From: Catajapyx aquilonaris
Taxonomy: Eukaryota
Assembly (NCBI GenBank): GCA_000934665.2
Contig: JYFJ02001203.1
Coordinates: forward strand, 62,001 to 87,670
Direction: 5' to 3'
DNA length: 25,670 nucleotides
The notes beneath the pieces are model-generated. The model made no database searches. It was not told the origin of the DNA and saw only the letters and a list, made by a program, of their open reading frames with translations. Positions 1 to 25,670 of the stretch are shown here, piece by piece (the first letter of the stretch is position 1; each line of letters opens with the position of its first letter). Both the position numbers and the translations under genes were made by a program.

Positions 1-49
1 TAATAAGGTTTTATATTTATACACACTTTTCTCTGACATGTAGACCTAC

Positions 50-976
50 CTGTGGTAGCCGTGGTGCTTCATCTGAGTCGCTGCTACTCTCCGAACCATC
101 GGATCTACTTTTCATGACATACACACGGTGACCTTTCCCGTCATCGTCGGCATATTCCTTTAGGATCTTATCTACATTTCTTTCTTTCCGAACCATTTCG
201 GACAGAATCGACAAATTCTCCCCTTTCCTACGCAGCTTCGTAATCGTCTCCTCGTCTTTTTCCATCACCTTACGGGCAATATTCCTTAACTTTGCATCAA
301 CTGCCTCCTGATGCTCGGGCGATGTGTCTTCCTTGGTCTTCTTCACAAAAACCGTGACTTTCTTTTTTATAACCTCCTGGATGTTTACATAAGCCGGTCC
401 GCCAGTGTATCGTCCTGTCAGGTTCACCGGTGTTACCCTCACTTTAGATTCTTCGTGAATATCCACCATAATAGTTTCTTCCTGCTTCTTTTTCTTCGGA
501 CGTCGTGCTACGGGGCAAGTATCCTGCCGACACGGTTCCTGTGTTGGATTTTGCTTAAAGTCTGTGTAGTAACTCGATGAGTGACCCTTTTCGCGACTTC
601 CCTTCCAGCTGTTCGACAACTCGTCACAGGAGAATTCTGGGACATGGAGATCATTCTCGAGATCAAAGTCGTTCGCGGGTGGCGAATGAATTTGTTTGTG
701 TTTCGACGAATGACCTGGTTTGCGTGGATCCCGTCGATGCGATTCCTTAGTGTTATTTTCCATGGTGCCTGTGTTGTAGCTCGAAGAATGGCCCTTGTCG
801 CGACTTCCCTTCCTGCCTTTTGACACGTCATTGGAGGAAGCTTGCAGGGCACGGGGGTCATTCTGGGGTGAATGATTTGTTGGTCGGCGGGGATTCTCGT
901 TTTTCGTCGACCATAGCCGCATTTGCTCAAGGATATATGCCACTAGACCCATGTATACGTCGATCTTCTGCCGTAC
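50..976 (-). CDS. Large exon of an unidentified gene (hydrophilic, K/R/E/S-rich, NLS-like RRPKKKK); gene continues off the left edge
   Basis: ORF 17..952 (311 aa) stays open upstream to 976, where a minus-strand acceptor (ctaac...gaaag|GTA CGG CAG) sits in frame. A strong donor CAG|GTAGGT at 50/49 cuts it after ...PRLPQ. Internal duplication KGSRDKGHSSSY / KGSREKGHSSSY. No recognisable domain. Confidence 0.55.
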
Positions 977-1228
977 CTTTCAATTGACAAGTTAGTAATG
1001 TTACCATTGAAAAAAAAGTTTCGGACAAACGTTTCATGCTGCTGTTCAATCATGATCACTATGAAGTATCATTTTTTTCATGTAAAAATGACAACCCAAC
1101 TATCGCAATTACTAATTACTACAGTATTTCTCGTTACAATGACAGTGAGGATGTCATATGAAACTTTTTTAAATATTTAGTCTATATATGAAAAACCTAT
1201 GCCTAATCTTCTTCGCACGTCTGCCGCA

Positions 1229-1274
1229 TCGAAAAATGTCGCTAGCAGTACGACGCGATTAATGTCCAACACTG
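1229..1274. mobile_element. Solo right TIR of a CAGTGTTGG-type Tc1/mariner-like MITE (same family as 4360-4511)
   Basis: tcgaaaaatgtcgctagcagtacgacgcgattaatgtccaacactg followed by TA is a close reverse complement of the TIR starting at 4360. Confidence 0.7.
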
Positions 1275-2039
1275 TAGTCCTACACGTCATATTTCACTAA
1301 CATAACGTTTGCATATTTGACTACATGAATTAATTAGTCAAATGTGTACCTAGAGAAAAGGATCAACCATATATCGACCAACACTAACAATAACAGTTAT
1401 TTTGCTTAATAATGCCACATTTGACTCCGTGGATGTATAGTTAAATGCATGACTGCAGAAAAGGGGTCAAATATGCTGACCAAAACAAACATATCCGTTT
1501 AAAATATTATATTTGGTCCGAGAAAATAAAACCACATAATTGGTCATATTTGAATACAATTTGTGGTCATTTTTGACGCTATTTTTTAAAGACTGTAACT
1601 AACAGGATATCCTTATTATCATTAATTTATGCAGGTTCGTTTCTAATATTTAATATCCGCTGCATGGTCGTATGATGGTATCGCCCATCCAACTATTACA
1701 ATATAAGTATTTTGGATTCGAAAAAGACCAAGAAATCGCCCTACCTGAACTCAGCAATGTGGGGAACTTACGAAACCCCGTTGAAGATGGTCATCGGCCG
1801 TGTGGCGCTCAATTATGATCTTCCTGCGACCCAGCGTATGATCTTGCTGTATATGTGACACTCCCACCTCTCTTTTACCAACTTTTACTGAATAAAATTT
1901 GCAGATTTTCAAGCAAACTTGTAAAAACCAATAATGTACGAAGAATGTCTCTCACGAGAACTTGTTGATTCTCAGTTACTAGGTGGCTCCATTCTTGTTG
2001 CTCTGCATAAGGCTGCATTGTTGTCAGGCATGGTTTATA

Positions 2040-2377
2040 CAGGGTGTTTCAACTTTTTTGTCCGAACAGTTATCAGAAAATTGCACGTAGCTGCTACTTT
2101 GTAAGCAGTGACTTGCAAACAGTGATTTTTTTGGGGAGGAACGAGGAATATTCTCTGCGAATCGTACCGTAGGTTGCAGTGGCATACGTGCAGCCCGCTG
2201 AAAATTGAGGGTCAAGCCTGGAAAAAAGAGGGTCACACATGCCATGGGATGTGTGACCCTCTTTTTCCCCATTCCCAATTCCTCCGACAAATCACCGGCT
2301 ACAAGTCACTGCTTAAAAAGTAGCAGCTATGCGCAATTTTCCGATAACTGTTCAGACAAAAAAGTTGAAACACCCTG
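2040..2377. mobile_element. Tc1/mariner-type MITE, ~90-bp TIRs starting CAGGGTG, TA target duplication
   Basis: TA|cagggtgtttcaacttttttgtccgaacagttatc... and ...gataactgttcagacaaaaaagttgaaacaccctg|TA. Internal palindrome at about 2220-2270 (aaaaagagggtcacacat...atgtgtgaccctcttttt). Confidence 0.9.
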
Positions 2378-2479
2378 TATAATTATGTTTAGGCTGAAAC
2401 CCCGAAAACGGCCACTGGTCGAAAAAAAACGACCATACGACCATACTGTGTTGGGCTGTCGTCGGGGGTCATCTGTGGC

Positions 2480-2708
2480 TGGACGGCGGGCCGACAGCCG
2501 ACTGATATATTGCAGCTGTGAGCTCGGACACCTGCTGCCGGAGGTCCTGGATGGCGCCCGGCTTGGTCCGGGGCAGAGGTTGCTGCAACAGATTGGGATG
2601 GTCGGGCAGCATCCATCAGCCCGTCCGTCGCGTCGGCTGCCTCTGCCAGATGTGAGGTCGACGTGATATCGGGAGAACCCGCCAATGTATGGTAGGCTAC
2701 GGACCTGC
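2480..2708 (-). pseudogene. Frameshifted remnant of a Gypsy-type LTR-retrotransposon gag C-terminal region
   Basis: Joining minus-strand frames gives QVRS../LAGSPDITSTSHLAEAADATDGLMDAARPSQSVAATSAPDQA/GAIQDLRQQVSELTAAI/SRLSARRP. This resembles the pattern 'VR.ILA....LA..AD..M....VAA....I..LRQQV.ELT' that I recall from invertebrate Gypsy gag proteins. GC-rich relative to its flanks. Confidence 0.55.
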
Positions 2709-2925
2709 GGGCGACACGGTGACGGAGTGGTTAGCGCCGCAGCCTTCCACCTCTTCGATCCCCGGATCGGACAGAGGATACTTATGTAGACAAAGTTTCG
2801 ATGGGTTCTCTCCGTGTTCGCGTGGGTTTTCTCGGGGTTCTCCCGTTTCCTCCGACTATCAAAATCCATCACAGCGCAGGTAATGATTAAAGACGGGCAA
2901 TTGAAAGATGATCTCCTTTAAAAAA
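2709..2925 (+). mobile_element. tRNA-derived SINE with a V-domain-like core (V-SINE type)
   Basis: Head GGGCGACACGGTGACGGAGTGGTTAGCGCCGCAGCC (A box), B-box remnant TTCGATCCCCGG, then GTTCTCTCCGTGTTCGCGTGGGTTTTCTCGGGGTTCTCCCGTTTCCTCC, which matches the V-SINE central domain as I recall it. The 3' end is approximate. Confidence 0.8.
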
Positions 2926-3179
2926 CCCAAGGAGAGGCTTATCACGGGGTATCCATTATTAGGCCTGTATATGATTATTAAAATATTTATGGAACGGATG
3001 GCCCAACGTTCAGACAAAATGAATGGTGATTATGAGTTACGCGTTCCCTAAGGAACATGGAGATGCCATGAATACCCGTGGACAAAAAGTTGATTTTTGT
3101 TACATAGTGTAAAGATCATCTAAAGAAAATTCTATTTTCACCGTCCGAAGATAGCTCATTGACTTGAACAAAAAGTGCT

Positions 3180-3247
3180 CAGTGGCGCCCCCTTCAAGTG
3201 GCGCCCATGGCACGTGCAATACTTGCCATACCCTAGTTACGCCTCTG
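3180..3247. mobile_element. Terminal fragment of a hAT-like non-autonomous element
   Basis: Ends ...ccctagttacgcctctg (reverse complement CAGAGGCGTAACTAGGG, a CAGNGGCGTA-type hAT terminus) and is preceded by two agtggcgccc motifs. The other end was not found. Confidence 0.5.
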
Positions 3248-3251
3248 TATA

Positions 3252-3689
3252 CAGGGTGTATCAGAACTCTACCGTAAGCTATGTGCCAATGGCATAAGGG
3301 GCACCAGAGCATCATTATATGTAGAGGAGTCATCATGTCTAGGCAGCCTCATTACGGAGATAATTGCCTTCAAACACGTAGTACAAAGTATCCTGGGAGG
3401 TATGGAAACCTTCAGCCCCGACATCGCATCACTCGTGAAAATAGCAGCTTTTCCATTTAGCCACTAGCATGTCGCATGTGTACTGCATGTCGCATGTGAT
3501 CTGTGACAATTTGTGACAAGCTGTGACAATCAGTGACAATCACTCTTAGGCCCAATTGCTAAATCGCAAATGATCAATTATCTCAGTAATGAGGCTGCCC
3601 AGACATAATGACTCCTCTACATTAATTGATCCCCTGGTGCCCCTTATGCCATTGGCACATAGCTTACGGTAGAGTTCTGATACATCCTG
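3252..3689. mobile_element. Tc1/mariner-type MITE, ~115-bp TIRs starting CAGGGTG, TA target duplication
   Basis: TA|cagggtgtatcagaactctaccgtaagctatgtgccaatggcataaggggcaccag... (3252-3366) pairs with 3575-3689 ...ggtagagttctgatacatcctg|TA. Internal short tandem repeats gcatgtcgcatgtg x2 and gtgacaa x4. Confidence 0.92.
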
Positions 3690-4359
3690 TATAACTTATG
3701 CGTATTATACTGTAGAAGTACCTACTCTTTGTTGACAACAACCAAAAGTGAGGATTTTCCTCCCCCGCCCGCAGACCCCCACACCCCCAATCCAAATAAA
3801 TATTCCATAATCAACAAACTTGCACTTGGGCTAATAAGTAATAATTCTGACCAGCACCTTGGGGACTACACATGACCCCACAGCTTGACATTGCACTTGC
3901 ACCTGTGTCCCCTCTCCAAAAATCTCTATCCCCACCTAAGTGTCATTTCTTCCCTGCACCTGAGGTTGAAATTGGAAAATTGGAAAATGTATAATGGTGG
4001 TGATCCGCCCCCCTCCGCCATATAGGTTACGTAGGCTACCTACCAGGGAGGAGTACCTATTTTTTTTTAAAATGCTCTACAGATTTAGCTGTACTGTACG
4101 TACACTGTTACACACATTCCGCTGAGAGCCATATGTTTTCTCTCCCTTATCAGCAATATTATTTTGTTACTTTTTGATCATTTTTCAAAAAATGACCAAA
4201 ATGTACCCTTTAAAATTACCCTAAAGTAGATGTGCGAGGTCCAACAACATACTATCTGTTGGATTGAATATAATAGTTGCTAATTACATAAATTCATAAA
4301 ATTACTGGCTGGTGCACACCCTTATTTAGGCATTTAGGCCACCAGATGCCATACTGGTA

Positions 4360-4511
4360 CAGTGTTGGACATTAATCGAGGCATATTATACTAGCGACAT
4401 TTTTCGAAGTGGGAGAAAAAGGAATTGAAGATAAGGATACTGCAAGCTGGGCGAGCAAGATTCCTTCTTCTGCTGCTTCGGAAAATGTCGCTGGCAGTAT
4501 GCCTCGATTAA
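4360..4511. mobile_element. Short MITE, CAGTGTTGG family, right TIR truncated
   Basis: TA|cagtgttggacattaatcgaggcata...tagcgacatttttcgaa and tcggaaaatgtcgctggcagtatgcctcgattaa form an imperfect inverted repeat. Confidence 0.75.
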
Positions 4512-6874
4512 CTCAGTGAATATGCATATTTTATGAACTTCTTTCATTTAGGCCTACTCACTAACTTTATCAATTTCCGTTTGAAGAACGGATACTCTGC
4601 TATCTCTATATGAAAGGCAAAGTTGGTTGGTTGGTCCAGCATGTTTGGTCCACGGCGACGGTGCCACGGCGACGGCAGGAAAAACCAAACCATGGAAACG
4701 GGCCATGCGAAGAACGGGCTCCGCTGCTAGTCGGTTAATAAAAGAGTCGCAACACTTCGTATAATAGACTTTTTTGTGCGGTACGAGACGCTCTAATATA
4801 AATAATGGTGAATAGTATTTCACACATTGTATTACTGCTGTGTAAGCCAAGTAATAATTTATCATTCCCGTCGACCATTGTTTATTTTTTTGCTGTGTTT
4901 GCTTTCAACCTCTATTAATAGCCGGCATTATCCATTCACACCTTCCTAACTACCGGTACTGATTGAAAAAAATGTATGCTGCAATTGTGCACATTACACT
5001 CATTAAAATAGGGACACTTTATTTGTAAATAAGTTGTGTTATATCATAATCGTATTCTGCTAGGAGCTAGGAATTTGGGAATTCTGTTATGGTCGAGTGA
5101 ATGTGAAATTGTGGCATCGTCGCGTCGTCGGATCATGCCAAGATCATGCCAGTTTTTCCAGGAAATATACCAACCGGATACCACGAATTCCAAACATATA
5201 CCTATACGTGGGTCCAGGAATAGTGGGTATCCACGTTGAGATAATAAAATACTAATAGACATACAAAACTGAATATTCATCAGGGCTTGTTTTTCAAGTA
5301 GTGCGTTTGACGTAACCGGTAGTGTACATAAGGTGACGGTTAATAGTTGATTCCTATTAACCGGGCTCTGTCTGAAGGTCAAGCTGCAAAAAAACAGTTT
5401 TGAAGGACAGATGCGAAAAAAATGTGCTATTTGAGCACGTAAGGACTGGTGGCCTTGCGCTTCTCCTTTCCGGTTTATATGCCAATAAACAGTTAGTTGT
5501 TCTGGCAGGTCCGAGTTGGGTGCTTGTGTGTGCCGATGTGAGATAACAATGTGCAGCAGGTGAGCTGCCATTCCATACCACGTGACTGCTTAGGTGACAT
5601 TGGTAAGTATATGCAGTGTATGCAGTATATCAAGCCTATCTCTCGTTTGATACCAGTATCAGTGACTGACCTATGGTGTGGAATTGTGAATATCAAATTG
5701 TGTCAGTGTCATGTGTGAGTGAACTTGGTCCAACACGGTCCAACATCACAGCTGTTTGTTATCGACCAGGAATTGCGCACAAGCGGTGAATCTCAAAAGT
5801 GCAAGGTGACAGCCGGATGCGCCATGTGGTGCAATCTATAACCGTGTGGTGCAATGACTACGGGCTGTCACGTGGGGATGCGTGTTCATGAAATATTAAT
5901 TTGTGGGTACTACAGAGTGTCTAATCCGTTTTTTTTCCGCGTCATATTAATAAACGAAGCTAACTGTGCAGGTACTAAATTATGTAATTGAATTACGCAA
6001 TACTTCAGACATTAATTATGCAATAAAATATTGCTACTAATAAAATATTACTCATGCAATGTAGTGCCACAAGCGATTTGTACAGTATACATAAGTCAAG
6101 TAGGTCGCAATAAAATTTGACTTTTTTTTCATAAGTCATATACCAAAGCGATACCAAATATGGAATTCACTTTTGTGTTAGCTACACGCAATATTCAGAA
6201 GTGACTTGTTGATTGTCTTAGATCTGATTAGTGGTGATTTTGCGCCTTAACACTGATATGATGTTATTGACCGCTATATCCGAAGAAGGATCTAGCGGTA
6301 TAGGTGATAATTTTTTACAGAATTAGACTGACAGATGTGCCTTTAACCGCGCATGGTATAGACCACTGAAAGGAACAGTGGCAGTGCAGTAGGCTAAACA
6401 CTTGCCCTTGTTTTTCTTTAAATGAATATTGCAGTCGGGGGTAGGCCTATACATACACCTCATCATAAATTGGTGCGACATTAAAGTGGCAAATGTTGGA
6501 TACGTCTCTATAATGGAGAGGTGTGCATGAAAATAGCAGTGCAGTGATATGAAAAATGCATAAAGCGCAGGTAAGAATACAAATCCGGTTGATGCACTCA
6601 TATGTTTCAAGTAACTTAATAGATGAATAATTATTAACTTCGCATTGGATGAGTATTTTTCATTACAAATTATATCAGTTATATCGTGTGCATTTTTTTG
6701 TGACACTATACACACAGTTACAAAAAATAACTTGTTAATTTTCAGAGCTAATGGTTTGAACTTTTCATGATACAAATTAACGCGAGAACTGCATAGGAAA
6801 ATGAATGAATGAAACATAATCGGAATCATCAAGTCTTGTGTATCTCGAATTTTTTGTAAAGTCTGCAAGTGGAT

Positions 6875-14348
<7,474 letters not shown>

Positions 14349-14360
14349 AGACGGGAATCA

Positions 14361-14432
14361 AATAAACAAGAATAGTATTTTTTCACCGCGCCCTATGTTG
14401 AGTAGCTGTATTGTGTGAAAATATGAAATAAA
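14361..14432 (+). terminator. Candidate polyadenylation signals of paralogue A
   Basis: AATAAA at 14361-14366 and 14427-14432 after the stop at 14346-14348, followed by a T-rich tract at about 14452-14473. Confidence 0.5.
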
Positions 14433-15959
14433 CTACCACCTGATTTGTTACCTTTTATATTTGTTTCATTTTCTGGATTCGTCACGGTGACATATTCCCC
14501 TTCCCCCTCTGCGGTCCCGAGGTCGCTCGATCCCCGTGCCCAGTGGTGGACACGTTCTCATTTGGAAAGAATTTCGGTGGATTCTTCCTTTTCCTGCCAC
14601 AACCGATGATTCATTGACGACCCCTTATTGTTGTGATATACTTGTTATTATTGAAAAAGTGAATAAGAAAATATGTTCGTCACCTCCAATACGTTGAACA
14701 ATGTTGTTTTTACAGACTGTAATTCCACTTGTGGAATGGGCCTTGATCGTGCTCCATAACCTAATGAAATAAGAACTGCACATGATAGAAGGGCAAGGGC
14801 GGTTAAAAAGAGTGAACTGGATGGTTGAATAACAAGTGCAAAGCTATAGCTAGAAAAACAGTGAATAAGCAGAGCATATGACCTTGATACTCGCCTTTCC
14901 TGTGACGCTCTTCCAATGAGTTTTTAGCAGCACTGTAGCGTACACATTGTAGTACTGTACCACATGTTGGCAAGAACTCTTGCACTGTACAGTACAGACT
15001 AATATTCAGCTCGTTTGTGTGCAACTTTTCACACAAACCTTTCAGTTTTTTAATGAATAAGAGTGTCATATGTTAATATGTTATCAGCGATGCATTTTTT
15101 CCACATTGACGGATTTGGAAAGAACCTGAAGATTTGAGATGAAGTGGCCAGAACAACCAGCAGTTATCAGAAGATGGAGTGCATTGATTACAAAAAATGT
15201 GACGTAAGCATCCACTAGCGAATTATTCAAACAGGTATGTTTTCATCTGGAAAGTACAGCACTGCCTATATTAACCATTTTCAAACGAGTGATCAAAAAG
15301 ATGTGCAGGACTCCAGCCATATATGATAAAATTATTTTGATTGATTTGGTTTCAGGAAGGATTGATTGTTCTGAAATGACGGAACACCAATGGCAAGCTC
15401 TGGGCAAGCTAAACATACCACGTGTTTCATAAGACTAGTTACTCGCTAGGTCGTCACTCTGACCTCAATAGGTCATAATATTCATAGATTGATAATATTA
15501 AAATTGTATATCGCACTATACAATCGTGTTCAAACGATGTTAATTAACTTGACTAGGTGGGAGAGGCTACTGCTTGCTGATTCGATAACTACTAGTCTGC
15601 GGCAATAGTGTGAAATACCAGGAAATACGCATTTCAGGTGTCACTGTCAGTTAGCTCACACTCGTATCCCATTTAATGGGATTTATAAACGAATATGATT
15701 CAAACCTTGAAGATGAGGTCGCAGGGACAAGTGGAAATGAGCGTCCGCGAGATTTAGACTGATACTGATGAAAACTTATGAAACACAAGGTATATTAATA
15801 CTTAATATTTTTACTATTCGAACGAAAATTTGCCTAATCGCTATTGTTGCTATTTTCCCCACCATGTTATCTCTCTACACTCTGATAAAAATGGGTTCAA
15901 ATGGTCTTGCCAAATGCAGCGACTCTATTGTGTTCAAGAACTGGAATGTAGTGTATATG

Positions 15960-16120
15960 TCGTGAGCCAATAGTGCGCGCTGGCCCAGTAGTCCGCGAGT
16001 GAATTGGCAGCCGGCCAACAATTCTGCCCCGCCAACCACCACCACCTCCTTAAGAGTGAAGAATCAGCATCTGGCATCGCCGCGTTTCGTGACGCAAAGG
16101 AAGCCGCACGATTCAAACCG
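15960..16120. promoter_or_regulatory. Possible promoter-like CpG-rich patch upstream of paralogue B
   Basis: GC/CpG-enriched patch with CCAAT, a GC box (ccccgcc) and a TGACGCAA motif, ~1.3 kb upstream of the ATG. An acceptor-like ctttctag just before the ATG suggests a non-coding first exon further upstream. Confidence 0.25.
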
Positions 16121-17374
16121 AGCCTTGTGGCATGTAACTCATTTTAGTTGTGCGCAAAGCTAACCTGGTGCAGTAAATGACCATGGAAGAATGAATTCCG
16201 AGTTGTTGACATATTATTACTGTAACAGAATGACACAAAACGAGTTGCGTCTGTGAAATCAATGCAACATTTGTCATCTCCATGCACTCAAAACTTGCGT
16301 CAAATAATGCAGCTAGAGAGGAAAGCACTCATGTTGGGGCCAATGACTCGTGACTCAAAGTTATAGTACAGTTTAGGCCTACTGTTGTAGTCGTGAGTAT
16401 AAGCATAACAGGCACTGAGATTCCAGTACAAAATAGATCAAGGTTTTCCGTAATCACCAAGGGCATCACTATAGAGTGCAATTCTCGTGCAGTACATGTA
16501 CCAAGTATGTGATAATCCATATCTCTGAGAATGCTCAATAAAAATAATAAAATAACAGAAAGTGTAAATTAATTTTACGTTCCTATTACAAGACAGTATA
16601 TCAGTTACATGATGTAAAGTAACTTATAAAGATTATAATGAAGCGTAAGGGGTAGCAATACTGTGGTGTTTCACTGTCTTGTAATGTGCAAACAAAATGC
16701 GTCAAAATGTTGCAAAATGTCTTCCGTTTAACACTGACGAACCAGATGATAAAAATAGCACAAAATTTCACGTTAAGGAATCTCAGGGGACATTATTTTT
16801 ATTTAATAAAAATCGATTTAATTCTTTTTCCTGGGAGATAAAAACGGATTTAGAATTTCACTGATTCCACTGCGTTGATGGAGAATATTACTGTATTAAG
16901 ACCTAATATACAAATCTCATAATAGGTCACAATTCTCTGCAATAACCAGGTAAATGTACTGTACAGTTTACTTTGGTTATTGCAGAGACCCCTTCAATTT
17001 TTTAAACCTTCTTACGCCGTAGAAGGGGTCTGTAGTGCCGACATGTGGCAGCATAATAATCAGTTTTACATTATGGTTGCATAATTTACAAAAAGTTATC
17101 TTTCTAGGTCTGCAGGAACACAAGATTAGCAATCTCATATGCCTGATAATCACTGTGGTAACACCAAGACTGGTATCATTAAAGGTGCCAAGGAAGTCCG
17201 TGGGAACTGATTGATATCAGTTATTTCATCTGCATTCTATGGACAGCAGTGCCAGGTGACAATTCGGTATTATCATGAGAAAGATCATACTAAGTTACTT
17301 AGTGTAATACTCATTATAACATAGTAATGACAGCGTGTTAGATTTTCAAAGAGTGTTACTCCTTTCTAGTGGCT

Positions 17375-25513
<8,139 letters not shown>

Positions 25514-25577
25514 TGAAGGCTACGGAAGCGTGTATAATGACGACTTATGAGGCTTTCTTGGGTTACATAACACTTAA

Positions 25578-25670
25578 GAGCGCGCTCTAGGCTACGCTAT
25601 TCATTGTTGCGGGGAGCCCGTCGCGGGCCGGCCCGTGAGTTTGACACTTCTTCCTCTCGCTGTCACGGCC
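25578..25670. mobile_element. Left end of a probable insertion in intron 23 of paralogue B (runs off the window)
   Basis: Near-identity to paralogue A intron 23 stops abruptly after ...ggttacataacact. TAA follows, then GC-rich, palindrome-rich sequence (gagcgcgctc, gggccggccc). Confidence 0.55.

Noticed and set aside
1635..1860. Exon-like segment after an acceptor-like tttatgcag
   Set aside because: All three + frames hit early stops, and the short open pieces show no recognisable motif.
2709..2765. tRNA gene
   Set aside because: A and B boxes are present but there is no complete cloverleaf, and the sequence runs into a SINE core.
2024..2883. ORFs 2024..2290, 2205..2666, 2327..2872 and 2689..2883 as genes
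   Set aside because: They are read-throughs of MITE inverted repeats, the SINE (RENPEKTHANTERT is the antisense V-domain) and the gag remnant.
16986..17030. Hairpin agaccccttc...gaaggggtct
   Set aside because: A 10-bp stem with no TSD or second copy; may be chance.
17238..17260. Upstream coding exon ATGGACAGCAGTGCCAG|gt for paralogue B
   Set aside because: Splicing to the acceptor at 17369 puts it out of frame with MDEFCG and reaches a stop.

Overview
Eukaryotic (invertebrate, probably arthropod) genomic DNA. Most of the window holds two head-to-tail, intron-rich paralogues of a long-type ABCC/MRP1-like transporter on the + strand. Gene A (6875-14348) is complete: 24 coding exons, about 1549 aa by my manual splicing. 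Gene B (17375->25461) shows 23 exons with the same intron phases, and its last exon lies beyond the window. The paralogues differ in their transmembrane, substrate-lining helices but are nearly identical over NBD2 and its introns, which points to gene conversion. Gene B intron 12 carries an 835-bp PIF/Harbinger-like deletion derivative with a Myb/SANT-like ORF fragment. Gene B intron 15 has a perfect 45-bp hairpin, and a further insertion starts in its intron 23. The first ~4.5 kb contains an orphan minus-strand exon, several TA-flanked MITEs, a frameshifted Gypsy-type gag remnant and a tRNA-headed V-SINE-like element. All exon boundaries and family calls were made by eye, without database searches.
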